Source: a virus (Duplodnaviria; Caudoviricetes). Taken from it: a stretch of DNA of 63,788 bases. Both the position numbers and the translations under genes were made by a program. Position 1 is the first letter of the stretch, and the number at the start of each line of letters is the position of its first letter. Shown piece after piece: positions 44,275 through 55,100 of the stretch. The stretch covers positions 1 through 63,788 of the IMG/VR virus record IMGVR_UViG_3300005613_000061. One strand, given 5' to 3'. The notes under the pieces were generated by a model, which ran no database searches, was not told the DNA's origin, and saw only the letters and a list, made by a program, of their open reading frames with translations.

Positions 44275-44604
44275 ATGAGCATTAGTAGTTACTTTAATAA
44301 AACAGGTTTGTTATATAAAAGAACTTTGGGAGCCACAAACGAATACGGCGAAAAATCTTGGACTGAAACTTCAAGTAGTATTAGTTGCGCCTTACAGCCT
44401 TTAGCAAGAATAGAAGACGGTTACGTAGTTATAAACTCAGGAAAGAGTATCAGAAGTACTCATACTATTTATTGTGCGATTACCGTAGATATAGAAGAAG
44501 GCGACAAAGTAGTAATAGACGGTCAGACGTTTAGAGTTTTATTAGTAAGTGATGATGCAGGTAGAGGAAATCATTTAAAAGTACGTGTAGAGGAGTTAGT
44601 ATAA
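44275..44604 (+). CDS. head closure (stopper) protein
   Basis: DIEEGDKVVIDGQTFRV...HLKV; position. Confidence 0.75.
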   Translation: MSISSYFNKTGLLYKRTLGATNEYGEKSWTETSSSISCALQPLARIEDGYVVINSGKSIRSTHTIYCAITVDIEEGDKVVIDGQTFRVLLVSDDAGRGNHLKVRVEELV

Positions 44605-44605
44605 A

Positions 44606-44968
44606 ATGGCAGGAATATTTGATATAAAAGTTAGAGGTCTAAATGGGATTTTTAGAAATCTTGAAAAGGCAAGTACTAAGACCTTACAAAATGCCGAAAA
44701 TCGTATGTATGTACTGACTTCCAAAGCCGCAGGAAAAACTAGACGAGCAATGAGGAATTGGATTTGGGACACAGGAAATTTGGCAGGGAGTATAGACAAT
44801 ATGGTTAAGTGGGGCTTAGGAGCATTACAAGGTTTCGTTTTTACTCCGGTAAAGTATGGAATATACGTACACTTTGGAACGTACAGAATGAAGAAAAGAC
44901 CTTATATGGATATAGCATTAAATTACTTATTGACTAATTCACAGACGGCATTTAAGGGGTTAATATAA
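44606..44968 (+). CDS. HK97 gp10-like tail completion protein
   Basis: DTGNLAGSI, YGIYVHFGT...RPYM. Confidence 0.85.
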   Translation: MAGIFDIKVRGLNGIFRNLEKASTKTLQNAENRMYVLTSKAAGKTRRAMRNWIWDTGNLAGSIDNMVKWGLGALQGFVFTPVKYGIYVHFGTYRMKKRPYMDIALNYLLTNSQTAFKGLI

Positions 44969-45372
44969 TGGGCGACATGTTAAAAACTATACGTGCGAAA
45001 TTAGTAGCAACAACCGACATTACCGATTTGGTAAGCGCCGATGATATACGTGTGGGAAGTCAACCAATAGAATTAGTAGATAAGCAGATTATATTAATGG
45101 AAACCTTAGAACAGAGCGAACCTACGTTGGTAGCAGAACACGGCATTATGACTATAACTGTATATGTAAAAGACACAGTTCAAAATTCATATGCTGCGAC
45201 ACGAGAAGTAATAAATGAAATTTTAACAACGTTGAATAAGCAAAACGAGAATTTAACAGACGCCGATTCAACGGTACGTTTTTTTATAAAAGACGATGCA
45301 GATTATGTGCATAATAATGAAGAGAGATACTGGATGGCGGCAATCGTATTCAGTTATGTTGAAGGCGAATAA
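44968..45372 (+). CDS. tail terminator protein
   Basis: position and size; IRAKLVA...LVS. Confidence 0.65.
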   Translation: MGDMLKTIRAKLVATTDITDLVSADDIRVGSQPIELVDKQIILMETLEQSEPTLVAEHGIMTITVYVKDTVQNSYAATREVINEILTTLNKQNENLTDADSTVRFFIKDDADYVHNNEERYWMAAIVFSYVEGE

Positions 45373-45404
45373 CATTAAAAATTTTAAGAGAGGAGAAATT
45401 AACC

Positions 45405-45803
45405 ATGTATACTTTTAAGTTTTCTGTAGGAAAGTTGAAAATTGACAGTGTTGAAGTTGCAGCATGTCAAGGTATCAGCGTTTCATATGACGGTAACCCA
45501 GCAGAGTTTTATGGGGCAGATTATCGTTACCCCTTAGCGATGGAATTGGGAAACCAATCTTGCGAAATCTCGATTGAAAACGCTGAATTTAATCTTGAGA
45601 ACTTTCCGGGTGATGTTGGCGGAAGCGCAGCTAGTTTGTTAGATAATGAATTAGTGGATGTAGTTCTAGAAGCCGGCGCAAACGGTGGTGGTCTTACGGG
45701 CACAATCGTAAATTGTAAAGTGACTGCATTTGAGGTTACATCAGTTCAGGACGATTTTGTTAAGGGTACTATCACGCTTAGAAAAGTTCAATATACTACA
45801 TAA
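45405..45803 (+). CDS. major tail (tube) protein
   Basis: beta-rich, strong AGGAG RBS, capsid-like codon bias, precedes chaperones and TMP. Confidence 0.7.
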   Translation: MYTFKFSVGKLKIDSVEVAACQGISVSYDGNPAEFYGADYRYPLAMELGNQSCEISIENAEFNLENFPGDVGGSAASLLDNELVDVVLEAGANGGGLTGTIVNCKVTAFEVTSVQDDFVKGTITLRKVQYTT

Positions 45804-45868
45804 TAAATAATAGTACATTTATCGGTAATGTTATATATCGTAATGTATAACGAAAGGGGAATAGGATA

Positions 45869-46201
45869 ATGAGTAAAAAAAGGATAACACAAATAGAGTA
45901 CGAAATTACTTTGTCAGATGGAAAAAATTATGCTATAAAGCCTTTGAGTTTGGCAGAGCTTAAAGACTCAGAAGAATTATTTAAGTTTATAGACTCATTG
46001 GATGATAATGCAGACATTAAGAGCGTTCCCGGACTCATGGAAAAGTTAATAGATGTTTGCTTTACTATTTTAAGCAGAAGTGATAGTAAGTTAACCAAGG
46101 ATGACGTCGGAAAAGCCGTGGGAATGGCAGACATTAAAAATATTATGAGTATTGGTCTTAGTGGCGAGATTCCTAAAGATAATAATATAGAGGTTCTTTA
46201 A
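45869..46201 (+). CDS. tail assembly chaperone (G-like)
   Basis: position; YAIKPLSLAEL. Confidence 0.65.
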   Translation: MSKKRITQIEYEITLSDGKNYAIKPLSLAELKDSEELFKFIDSLDDNADIKSVPGLMEKLIDVCFTILSRSDSKLTKDDVGKAVGMADIKNIMSIGLSGEIPKDNNIEVL

Positions 46202-46202
46202 T

Positions 46203-46571
46203 ATGCATGATTACATAGACTATGCTTTAATAGACAAGATGGCACATGAATATGGGTGGACAGTTAACTATATTCAGACTTTAGAGCCTCAAGAATTAGC
46301 AGGTCTATGTAAAGCCATCGACGATAGAGAACAAGACAATATTCGTATATTATCTTACGTTATAGTTTTAGCTTTAAATGGCAAAACGTGGGATAGTGTC
46401 ACTAAAAATGAAGCAGTAAAAGCAAATATTAATCGTAGTCACGAAGATATGCAGAAAGATAAAGAACAAACAGAGAAGAACACACAAGAAATGTTACGAA
46501 TGTTTCAGGTATTGGGTATGCCTACTAATCAAGTAATAGACGGAGTAAAACAAGGAAAGTTGAAATTTTAA
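46203..46571 (+). CDS. tail assembly chaperone (T-like)
   Basis: MAHEYGWTVNYIQTL motif; immediately before TMP. Confidence 0.65.
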   Translation: MHDYIDYALIDKMAHEYGWTVNYIQTLEPQELAGLCKAIDDREQDNIRILSYVIVLALNGKTWDSVTKNEAVKANINRSHEDMQKDKEQTEKNTQEMLRMFQVLGMPTNQVIDGVKQGKLKF

Positions 46572-46572
46572 T

Positions 46573-48435
46573 ATGAAAGTCGGAGATTTAAAAGTAGTTT
46601 TAAAATTATCGGTAACTAAGTTCAAGGCTGGTATTCTTGCAGCAAAGAGTCAATTAAAGGGTTTTGGAGAAAGAACTAAAAAGCTAGGGCAGACCTTCAA
46701 GGCTTCTTTTGGGTTTATGATTAGACAACTTAAACGTTTCGCATTAGTTGGTACTGGTATATTTGTGGGTATGACAGTGGCAGCAGCCAGATTTGAAGAA
46801 GAGATACACAGAACAGCCGTTATTATAGGAAAAGGAACAGAAGTTGCAGCAAGTCAATATACTGCATTAATAGAAAAAGCTAGAGAACTGGGACGAGAGA
46901 CTTTATTTTCATCTACTCAAGCTGCCAAAGGGATGCAGTTAATGGCGAAAGCGGGCTTTAATACTAAAGAAATTGTCTCATCTATTGCAGATGTTGTTAA
47001 TTTAGCAGTAGCCGGAAATTTAGAACTGGAATCAGCGACAAGCGTAGTGGCAGCGGCACTAAGACAATTTCAATTAAATGCCGCAGATGCAGGAAAAGTG
47101 GCAGATGTTTTAACCGTAACAGCTAATTCAGCTATGATTACTGTAGAAGGTTTAGGCGAAGCTATGAAATACGCCGCACCCGTAGCAAAAGCCTTAGGGA
47201 ATGACTTAGAAGATACAGCATCTATTATGGCCGCAGTAGCCAATTTAGGTTTAGAAGCTAGTCAAGTCGGTACCGCTTTAAGACGTATGATGGTTAGACT
47301 TTTAGCACCAACCGCACAAGTACAGAAGTCACTAGATAAATTAGGACTTCAAACAGTAGACCAAGCCAGCGGCAAAATGCGAAAAATGATAGATATTTTA
47401 TCCGACTTGCAAAAGAAATTTAAAGAAGGCTCTATGACACAAGTAGAGTTTCAAAAAGCATTAGCACAAGTAGCCGGAACTCGTGGCGTTACAGCATTAA
47501 TGGGTATTGTAGGACAAGCCAATTTAGACTTAAGTATAATGTCAGATAATCTTAGAAATGTACAAGGCTCAGCTAAAAAAATGGCAGACGAGTTTAGAAA
47601 AACCACCATTGGACGCTTTAAAGATTTAATAGCGTCGGTCAATGAGTTAAGTATTACTATTGTAGGAGCATTTGGAGACTCAATTAGAAATACATTATTT
47701 GGTATACGTAACTGGGTATTAGGATTACAGCAAGCATTAGAGGCAAACGGCAAATTAAAAACTATTATAGAAGCATTGAAAGAAGGATTTTCTCCTTTAA
47801 CGGCCAAAATAAAAGAGTTTGCCGACACCGTTCTTAGAGCAGTAGAAGGAATGGATGCAATGGAAATTAGGGATGTAATACTTGCAAAATTTGCTCAACT
47901 GAATACAATTTTATATGATATGGGAGAAGCATTTAAAGTTATAGCTGGGGCAATAAAGCCAGTGTTTCAGGCTCTAGAAGCTATCGGCGTAGCATGGAAA
48001 TTTTGGACAGGCGGAGAAGACAAAGACTTTATAGATGAAATGAATAAAAGTCTGTATGAAACAGCACTACTACAGAAACGAATTAATGACGAGAGAGCTA
48101 GATTTAAAGCAAAAGATGCTGAACGAAAAGAAGCAGCAAAAGAAATGGTTGGAAAATCTAACAACATAGGCTTTGACGAAGGCGAATCCGCAAGAGTAGC
48201 AGAAGAATATAGAAAACGAAGAGAACACGAAATAAACTTATTATTAAACGGCCTTAGTGAAAGTTCTAAAGAAGGAACACAAGGTACGGAAAAAGTACGT
48301 GATGTTATGATAACTAATGCTAAAGGCATAACTAGAGTAATGGAACAGATAGTTACTACTTTAAATCAAAATACAGCTAGAATTAATAGTATAGAGATAC
48401 GTTCCAATAGGTCTAGTGTGAAAGGTTCTAAATAA
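46573..48435 (+). CDS. tail tape measure protein (TP901-like core)
   Basis: ARELGRETLFSSTQAAKGM, LGEAMKYAAPVA, ASQVGTALR. Confidence 0.92.
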   Translation: MKVGDLKVVLKLSVTKFKAGILAAKSQLKGFGERTKKLGQTFKASFGFMIRQLKRFALVGTGIFVGMTVAAARFEEEIHRTAVIIGKGTEVAASQYTALIEKARELGRETLFSSTQAAKGMQLMAKAGFNTKEIVSSIADVVNLAVAGNLELESATSVVAAALRQFQLNAADAGKVADVLTVTANSAMITVEGLGEAMKYAAPVAKALGNDLEDTASIMAAVANLGLEASQVGTALRRMMVRLLAPTAQVQKSLDKLGLQTVDQASGKMRKMIDILSDLQKKFKEGSMTQVEFQKALAQVAGTRGVTALMGIVGQANLDLSIMSDNLRNVQGSAKKMADEFRKTTIGRFKDLIASVNELSITIVGAFGDSIRNTLFGIRNWVLGLQQALEANGKLKTIIEALKEGFSPLTAKIKEFADTVLRAVEGMDAMEIRDVILAKFAQLNTILYDMGEAFKVIAGAIKPVFQALEAIGVAWKFWTGGEDKDFIDEMNKSLYETALLQKRINDERARFKAKDAERKEAAKEMVGKSNNIGFDEGESARVAEEYRKRREHEINLLLNGLSESSKEGTQGTEKVRDVMITNAKGITRVMEQIVTTLNQNTARINSIEIRSNRSSVKGSK

Positions 48436-48800
48436 TGGTACCAAATAGAATAACTTTTAATGGCGTGGATTTAGGTGACCAAGCATGGGCAAATATGGGG
48501 TACGAAGGCAATGTAACATCTAAAGTATTGCCTAGAGCAAAAGGCGTAACAGTTTATGATACGAATGAAAATGGCGGCGGAATTATACATATAACTATCC
48601 AAGCGTGGGTAATAGAGGACACACGAAAAGCCTTAGAACAATATTTTTATAATTTAGAAGGAAATTTAGGACGACAAAAAGCAGACCTAATAATAGATGG
48701 TTGGACAATTAGTGATTGTTCAGTAGAGAGTTATAATATGGACAACTCAGGAAATGAAAGTTATAGTAACTTGACAATATCAATATTAAAAAGTGTTTAA
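48435..48800 (+). CDS. distal tail / tube-initiator-like protein
   Basis: coupled to TMP; ITFNGVDLG. Confidence 0.55.
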   Translation: MVPNRITFNGVDLGDQAWANMGYEGNVTSKVLPRAKGVTVYDTNENGGGIIHITIQAWVIEDTRKALEQYFYNLEGNLGRQKADLIIDGWTISDCSVESYNMDNSGNESYSNLTISILKSV

Positions 48801-48818
48801 TAAAAGGAGAGCGTAAAA

Positions 48819-49319
48819 ATGGCAGCAACTATAGAAGTAGTAAAAACCACAGGAGCCTCAGGAAGTGAAACAGTAACTTCAGTTAGCGGTATTGCATTAA
48901 AGGACGTAGACGATGCTACCACCACGGCTCCCAATTCACCGATAGTTATTTTGGATAGCGGTTGGAATTACAGTTATGAAAGTTGGTTAAGATTTAAAGT
49001 AGCCGTAGCACCAGACAATCAATGTACTGATTTTAAAGTATGGGGTTCTGGGGCAGCTATTCAAACTGGCAATGTAAGAATAACACTGAACACGGACGCA
49101 GTTGATACGTATGTTACACCTGTTAAAACACAATGTGCGCAAGGAACTCGTGCAGACTTTGCAAGTCATGGAGTTGGAAGTAAAGTTGATGTGGCAGGAA
49201 CGTTAGTTAACGTAGATGATGTAACAGATTTTGTGGTATTTCAATTAGAAGTAGACGACGTAGCTACTCCGGGGAATATCGCTCAGCAGACTATATATTA
49301 TAGTTATCTTGAGACATAA
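48819..49319 (+). CDS. tail structural protein
   Basis: NYSYESWLRF...FQLEV...YSYLET; beta-rich. Confidence 0.55.
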   Translation: MAATIEVVKTTGASGSETVTSVSGIALKDVDDATTTAPNSPIVILDSGWNYSYESWLRFKVAVAPDNQCTDFKVWGSGAAIQTGNVRITLNTDAVDTYVTPVKTQCAQGTRADFASHGVGSKVDVAGTLVNVDDVTDFVVFQLEVDDVATPGNIAQQTIYYSYLET

Positions 49320-49338
49320 GTAAAGGAGGTTTATTGTT

Positions 49339-49683
49339 ATGAACGATTTTAAATTTACTTGGTCAGTACAAGTAGACGGAACATATTATACTAGAGAGGA
49401 ACATAAGAACTTTGAAAAGTTAATCTCTAGCACGCCGTTTGTTCTTAATATTAGAAATATAGAAACAAACGAATCATTCCACATACCGATTACCAAAAAT
49501 ATGAAACCTATATTTTATAGACGTGTATATGGTAAATGCGAATTATCTACCATGCATAATGAAGTAGTGAAGTATGTCTACGTTTTTGGGTATGAAGAGA
49601 ATGATATAAAACATCTAACGTGTGAAGTGGATGGAAAGTATTATAAAACAAATGACGACGAGGCCTTAGTAACTTGGGAGTAG
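49339..49683 (+). CDS. tail-associated hypothetical protein
   Basis: AAGGAGGT RBS; KPIFYRR motif. Confidence 0.55.
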   Translation: MNDFKFTWSVQVDGTYYTREEHKNFEKLISSTPFVLNIRNIETNESFHIPITKNMKPIFYRRVYGKCELSTMHNEVVKYVYVFGYEENDIKHLTCEVDGKYYKTNDDEALVTWE

Positions 49684-49686
49684 TAA

Positions 49687-52167
49687 ATGGCAATAGCTGA
49701 ACAAAGCACAACCAGTAATACCGGCATAGGGATAGCATCAGGAGAAAACGCTACACAATCGTTTACGGTAAATGGCGTAGAAGACATTTTATGTAACTAT
49801 GTTAAATTACGTTTTGGCCGACAAGCCACGACTACTAGCGGTTCTGTACGTTTAGGTATATATGCGGATGACGGCTCAGATAACCCAACAGGTCCCGAAC
49901 TTGTGGGAGTAACTGTTTCATATAGTGACTTGGCAGAAAACTCTTGGGATTATAACTTTGGCTGGCACACTTTTACTTTTGCCTCTCCAATTACACTTAC
50001 GGCAGGAGTAAAATACGTTTTAAAAATAACTTCTACGATGGATAATTATGCTCGTTGGAGAATAGCCACATCAAATACATACGCAGACGGTTTAGCCAAA
50101 TTAAATGGAGTAGGTTGGGGTGGTGCAGGATACGACTTCACGTTTCAAGTATATAAAGCAGATACTATAGAGAATGATATTACAGCAGATGCAACTTTAG
50201 CAAAAGGCATACATGCAGACGCTACTTTACAAGGAACATTAGAAGATGACATTACAGCAGACGCCACGTTAGCAGGCTTGGGAAGCGACGATATTACAGT
50301 AGATGCAACATTAAAATATCCAGACGATAATACAAGACATAAGTTAACATTAACTTTTAACGACAGTACGCCTCTTACTGGAACAAGAATAGACGGGGCA
50401 AGAAGTATAGCGAGAAATAGCCGAATAGCTAGAGTTTATTTAATCTTAGAAAATACAGGAAGTTCAGGAACCACTACTATAGACGTGAACGTAGATGGAG
50501 TAAGCGTCTTTACTAATCCCGCAAATAGACCTTCTATAGTAGCAGGAGGTGCCGCTTTAGTCTATAGTTTGCCTACTACTAGAAATATATCGGCAAATAG
50601 TCAGATAACAATGGACATAGATAGTTTAGCTACAGATGCCGCAGGACTTTCCGTAATTGTAGAATTAAATGTTGCCACCACGTATACACACGTAGTACGA
50701 AAAGTAAACGTATTAGACAATAGCATTTTAGTAAATAATAGAGAAGGCATAGGGTATTTAACAAGTACTTTACAATTACAAATTATATTTGATGAGCCGA
50801 TGGATGAGAGTATAGAGCCTACAATAGTTCTAACGCCTGTAAGTATGTTAGATACGTTGAGCGTTTCGGCTGGAGGTACTTGGAGTAGCACCTTTGAGAA
50901 GTATGATACTTATACGACGCCAATAATGGACGCCAGTAGTTCAGACTTTAATGGAGTATCAGAGATAGCCGTTAGTGATGCAGAAAATGTATTTGGGGAA
51001 ACAGTAGATAACTATTATACACAGTTAGAACTATCTAATGGATTACTAGTAGAGTTTGAAGATACATATATAAAAACGGCAGACAATAATATATTAATTA
51101 ATTCTGATACGATTAAACGTTTTAAATATAGCTTTGACAATGTAACATTTAGTAGTTGGCAAGATTATGCAGAAAGTACGACAGTAGATGTAACAGACGC
51201 AGGAGTGGGAGGCGACGGCTCACAAGGAGAAAAAACCTGTTACTTACTTTTAGAAGATGTTAGAGGGAATACAGCAAGTAAGGAGATAAATTGTTATTAC
51301 ATTACGTCAATAAGTCAAGTAAGTAACTTTAGTATACAGGCAGCAGGCAAAGAAAATTACTGGGTACTACGCTGGGATATGCCAACAGAAACAAACGAAG
51401 CCAAGATAGACCGATTTAAAATATATGTAGACGATGTATTATATACAACTGTTTATAATCCGTATCCTTCATATCTTAGCGGTTTAGCTTTAGACGTTCC
51501 GAGTATAGTAGAAGATAAGACAACAGACACAATTACTTATCCGATGGCATCAGGGATAGTTTTTGATAGCGAAGGGAATCAAGTGAACGTATCTTCCGCA
51601 AACCTAGACGTTGATTTTGCCACCGATAATGACAGATACGATATTATTGGTATAGATAAAGACGGAAATTATAAGGTTATAAGTGGTGTAGAGGGCGTAG
51701 AATTTAGACCCACATATCCTTTTGAAACAATAAATGAAGTAACAGGTGATATAGAGGCGCCAATAGTTCCAAATTTAGAGATTGGATTTTTACCACTGTA
51801 TTATTGTAGAGTAAGAACATATGATTGGACAAGTTCAACAGGAACCGAAGGAAAAGACTGTCTAGTGGATGTACGTTGGATTTTTGATGTAAGAGAATCA
51901 AAGAGAAAAGCATTATTATATCTAGAAAAAGACGAAGACGACCACATAATAAAAGTACAGGCAGTAACTCTAAGCGGTTTAACGTCTGACTATGATTATA
52001 CGTTTTCTAGTATATCGTACCCAGTTGTAAAGTACAATAAGTTACAGGCATGGAGTGCCAAAGACGGCGGAGGCGTAGAGGTTGTCAATGGGGGCTTTAT
52101 ACAAGAGAACGATGGAACATTAACAAATAATTTAATGTATTATAAATTTGTAGAAGAGGAAGAATAA
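49687..52167 (+). CDS. tail fibre / receptor-binding multidomain protein
   Basis: N-terminal jelly-roll (TQSFTV...YDFTFQVY), ADATL repeats, Ig/FN3-like segments. Confidence 0.65.
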   Translation: MAIAEQSTTSNTGIGIASGENATQSFTVNGVEDILCNYVKLRFGRQATTTSGSVRLGIYADDGSDNPTGPELVGVTVSYSDLAENSWDYNFGWHTFTFASPITLTAGVKYVLKITSTMDNYARWRIATSNTYADGLAKLNGVGWGGAGYDFTFQVYKADTIENDITADATLAKGIHADATLQGTLEDDITADATLAGLGSDDITVDATLKYPDDNTRHKLTLTFNDSTPLTGTRIDGARSIARNSRIARVYLILENTGSSGTTTIDVNVDGVSVFTNPANRPSIVAGGAALVYSLPTTRNISANSQITMDIDSLATDAAGLSVIVELNVATTYTHVVRKVNVLDNSILVNNREGIGYLTSTLQLQIIFDEPMDESIEPTIVLTPVSMLDTLSVSAGGTWSSTFEKYDTYTTPIMDASSSDFNGVSEIAVSDAENVFGETVDNYYTQLELSNGLLVEFEDTYIKTADNNILINSDTIKRFKYSFDNVTFSSWQDYAESTTVDVTDAGVGGDGSQGEKTCYLLLEDVRGNTASKEINCYYITSISQVSNFSIQAAGKENYWVLRWDMPTETNEAKIDRFKIYVDDVLYTTVYNPYPSYLSGLALDVPSIVEDKTTDTITYPMASGIVFDSEGNQVNVSSANLDVDFATDNDRYDIIGIDKDGNYKVISGVEGVEFRPTYPFETINEVTGDIEAPIVPNLEIGFLPLYYCRVRTYDWTSSTGTEGKDCLVDVRWIFDVRESKRKALLYLEKDEDDHIIKVQAVTLSGLTSDYDYTFSSISYPVVKYNKLQAWSAKDGGGVEVVNGGFIQENDGTLTNNLMYYKFVEEEE

Positions 52168-52169
52168 CG

Positions 52170-55100
52170 ATGAGCGACCCAAAATTTAGAGACTGTGTAA
52201 GATACGTTTTAAATGTAGGTAATTGGGTAGACGAAGAATGTCTAGAGATAAAAGAGAGCGGCGGAAAATCGCAATATTTATTTAGTTTAGGTACGCCTTA
52301 TACTGACCCCGGTTATGCACCTATAGACCCTCCTTCTCAAAGTTCAGATTATGTAGTTTCTGGAACTTCCGGTATTATATCTGTTCAGGGAGTAGAGCCA
52401 GTTAATGGGAGTAATGGGAAGTTTTGGACTCAAGAGTATAATGACAAGTATTTTCCAGGCGGTATTCCAGCGAATCAAGGTATGTTAGCGGAAGTAAAGT
52501 CTCCATACTGGGCATTTAGACTGACACGTACCACATGTAACTTTGATAATGTATTGTCTAATTTAGCATTAATGAGACAAATTTATAAACCTAGCGATGG
52601 TTACAGAGTAGTTGCGGTACAGAACGAGGTAACACCGTTAACCGAGGAACCTTTATCAGAATATTGGGATATTAGAAATGAGAAACAAGAAGGTAGTACT
52701 GTAGCCGGAGATGAAAGTTTTTTTGGAAACATGGAAAATAAATCTGGTACAGGAGAAGGCTCTAGCGCAGAAGATTACGCCGGAGAAGATAATCCAGTAG
52801 ATACAGATTTAACAAATAAAATAGCACGTCTACATGAGAATGGAGACGAGACCGGGGTGGTACATGCAAATGATAAATTAACTTTTACTCCTCCGCAGAG
52901 CGTATTAACTTTGAGTGGCACACATGACGAGAAAAAAGAGGATAGTCCCGGTTTTGGGAATTATTTTGACGAGACTAATGTAAAATCGCCGAGTATACAG
53001 GTTAACTTACTTGATGACAAATGGGAACAATATTTAGACACTACAAGTAGCTGGCAGCCTTTGGGGGCTACGCCTCAATTAAGTTATCAAAGAAAAGGCG
53101 TACGTAAAGATATGACGCAAGTTACCAAAATTGTGGTGTATTTAAGAAAGACTACAGAGGAGAAGAAAGTAACTCCCGTAGAAAAAGTTAAAGATAAGCC
53201 GGCATTTAGATTACCTGACCCAGGAAGCTATAGTAATAAGATAGATGGCGGAGTAAATGACAGAAGTTTAGGACAACGTTTTCAAGGAGCAAGTTATAGT
53301 GATTTTGTAGGCTATAATCAAGATAATGAGGTAATGTTTGATAGTCTTTATGTACCAGAGACAAGTAGATGGGGAGAAAACTTAGACTTTACGGACCCCG
53401 ACACAGAGTACCACTACAAGAAATTAGGCAAGTCTATAGTGGGCGGAGAAGGAGACTTTTTAAGTTATGATATGTATATAGAAGAGATAACTAAAAATCT
53501 TAGCGACGCTTCTACTATGACGTTTGTAGAAAATATTAAGTATGATGATGTTGGCGCAAACATAATTTTAAATGGGACCGCCAGTACCACAGGAAGTGAA
53601 CAGGCAGGATTTGAGGCTAGTAAAGCCTTTGATTGGTTAGACAATACTTATTATCAATCTCAAGTGGGTGGCGCCAGTTTAATGTATGACTTTCAAAGAA
53701 CTGTTATTGCTGAGACTACATTAACTGTAGGTTGTACCGCAGGAGATGCCTCAATCACAGTTGGAGATACTTCGGACCTGCCTTCAAAAGGAAATGTAAT
53801 ATTAAACGGGACAGATTATGTTAGTTACGAAAGTAAAACTGCTGCAACCTTAACAGGTATTCCAGCGGATGGTGACTTTGCAGTAGATACACATTTATCC
53901 GGCGTATCAGTAACATGGGAATTATCACACGTATCTAGACAAATTAAAAAGTATGCCATTAAAGTAAGAACGACTAATCCAGAAAATTATCCGAAAGATT
54001 GGGTATTTCAAGGAAGTAATGATGCAACAAATTGGGACGATTTAGACACACAGACAGGCGTTACTTGGGAATCAGGAGAGGAAAAAGTATTTTCATGTTT
54101 AGACAACGTTACAAACTATAGATATTATAGATTAAAAGATTTAGTTCCTACGGGAGATATAGGAACATATCCAGTTGAAATAGTAGATGTACAGATGTTT
54201 GAATCTGATACATGGGATACCGGTTCATGGGTATACGGTGCACTTGTTACACCGACTGGAGCTCAGACAGTCTTTCACGGTATAATAGTATCTAAGCAAC
54301 GTACGTTATCTGAGAATGGGCAAATAGTACGTTATCAGGCAGCGGGCTTAATACAAAAATTAAATGAGTTGGGTTTTGCGTTTGAAATTAGTTTACGAGA
54401 TAAAAATATACAAGAGATAGCGCAAATCATAGTAGATGCCATACCAAATAGTATTATAACGAGCGCAGAAGGTATAGAGTTGTTACCTACAACAGTTGTT
54501 CCAGAAATAGACTGGCAGACCATAACATATAAACGAGCTTTAGATATGTTAATGGACCAAGCAGGACAGTATGGTTATTACTTGGACACGAATAGAGTAT
54601 TACGTTTTATAAATTTAAAATATAATGCCGACGAGGACACATCTAGACAGATAACTTATGAGATTCCGGAAGAGGGAGAAGCATACGACGACACCAAACA
54701 TTTTGTTTTAAATAAAGAATTGTCTATAGATGTGACGCAAGCAAAAACGAAATGTATGGCACACGGGGAAAAGATTGAAATAGAATTAACAGAGATTATT
54801 CCAGTAGTAGAAAGCGCAGAGGGACAAACTCCTCCATATGCCTTGATAGTAGAAAGTAGCGACGCAACTCCTCCGGGTGCATATGAAAGAACATTTTTGG
54901 TCGTATTGAGCAATACAGATGTACAAGCGCAGTTATTGAGTGACGAAGACAAGGCAATAGATGTAAAGACGTACTACCCCAGTTTTAGAGTTGGTAGCGT
55001 ACGTTTTGCTAAAGGTTGGTGGAATCCACGAAATAATCCATTTAACTTTGTAATTCACGATACATTTTCGGCATTTAACATTAGTGCCTATAACTTTGCT

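Noticed and set aside
45869-46571. Canonical -1 slippery heptamer between the tail chaperones
   Set aside because: The downstream ORF is in the +1 frame, so a -1 slip would not fuse them
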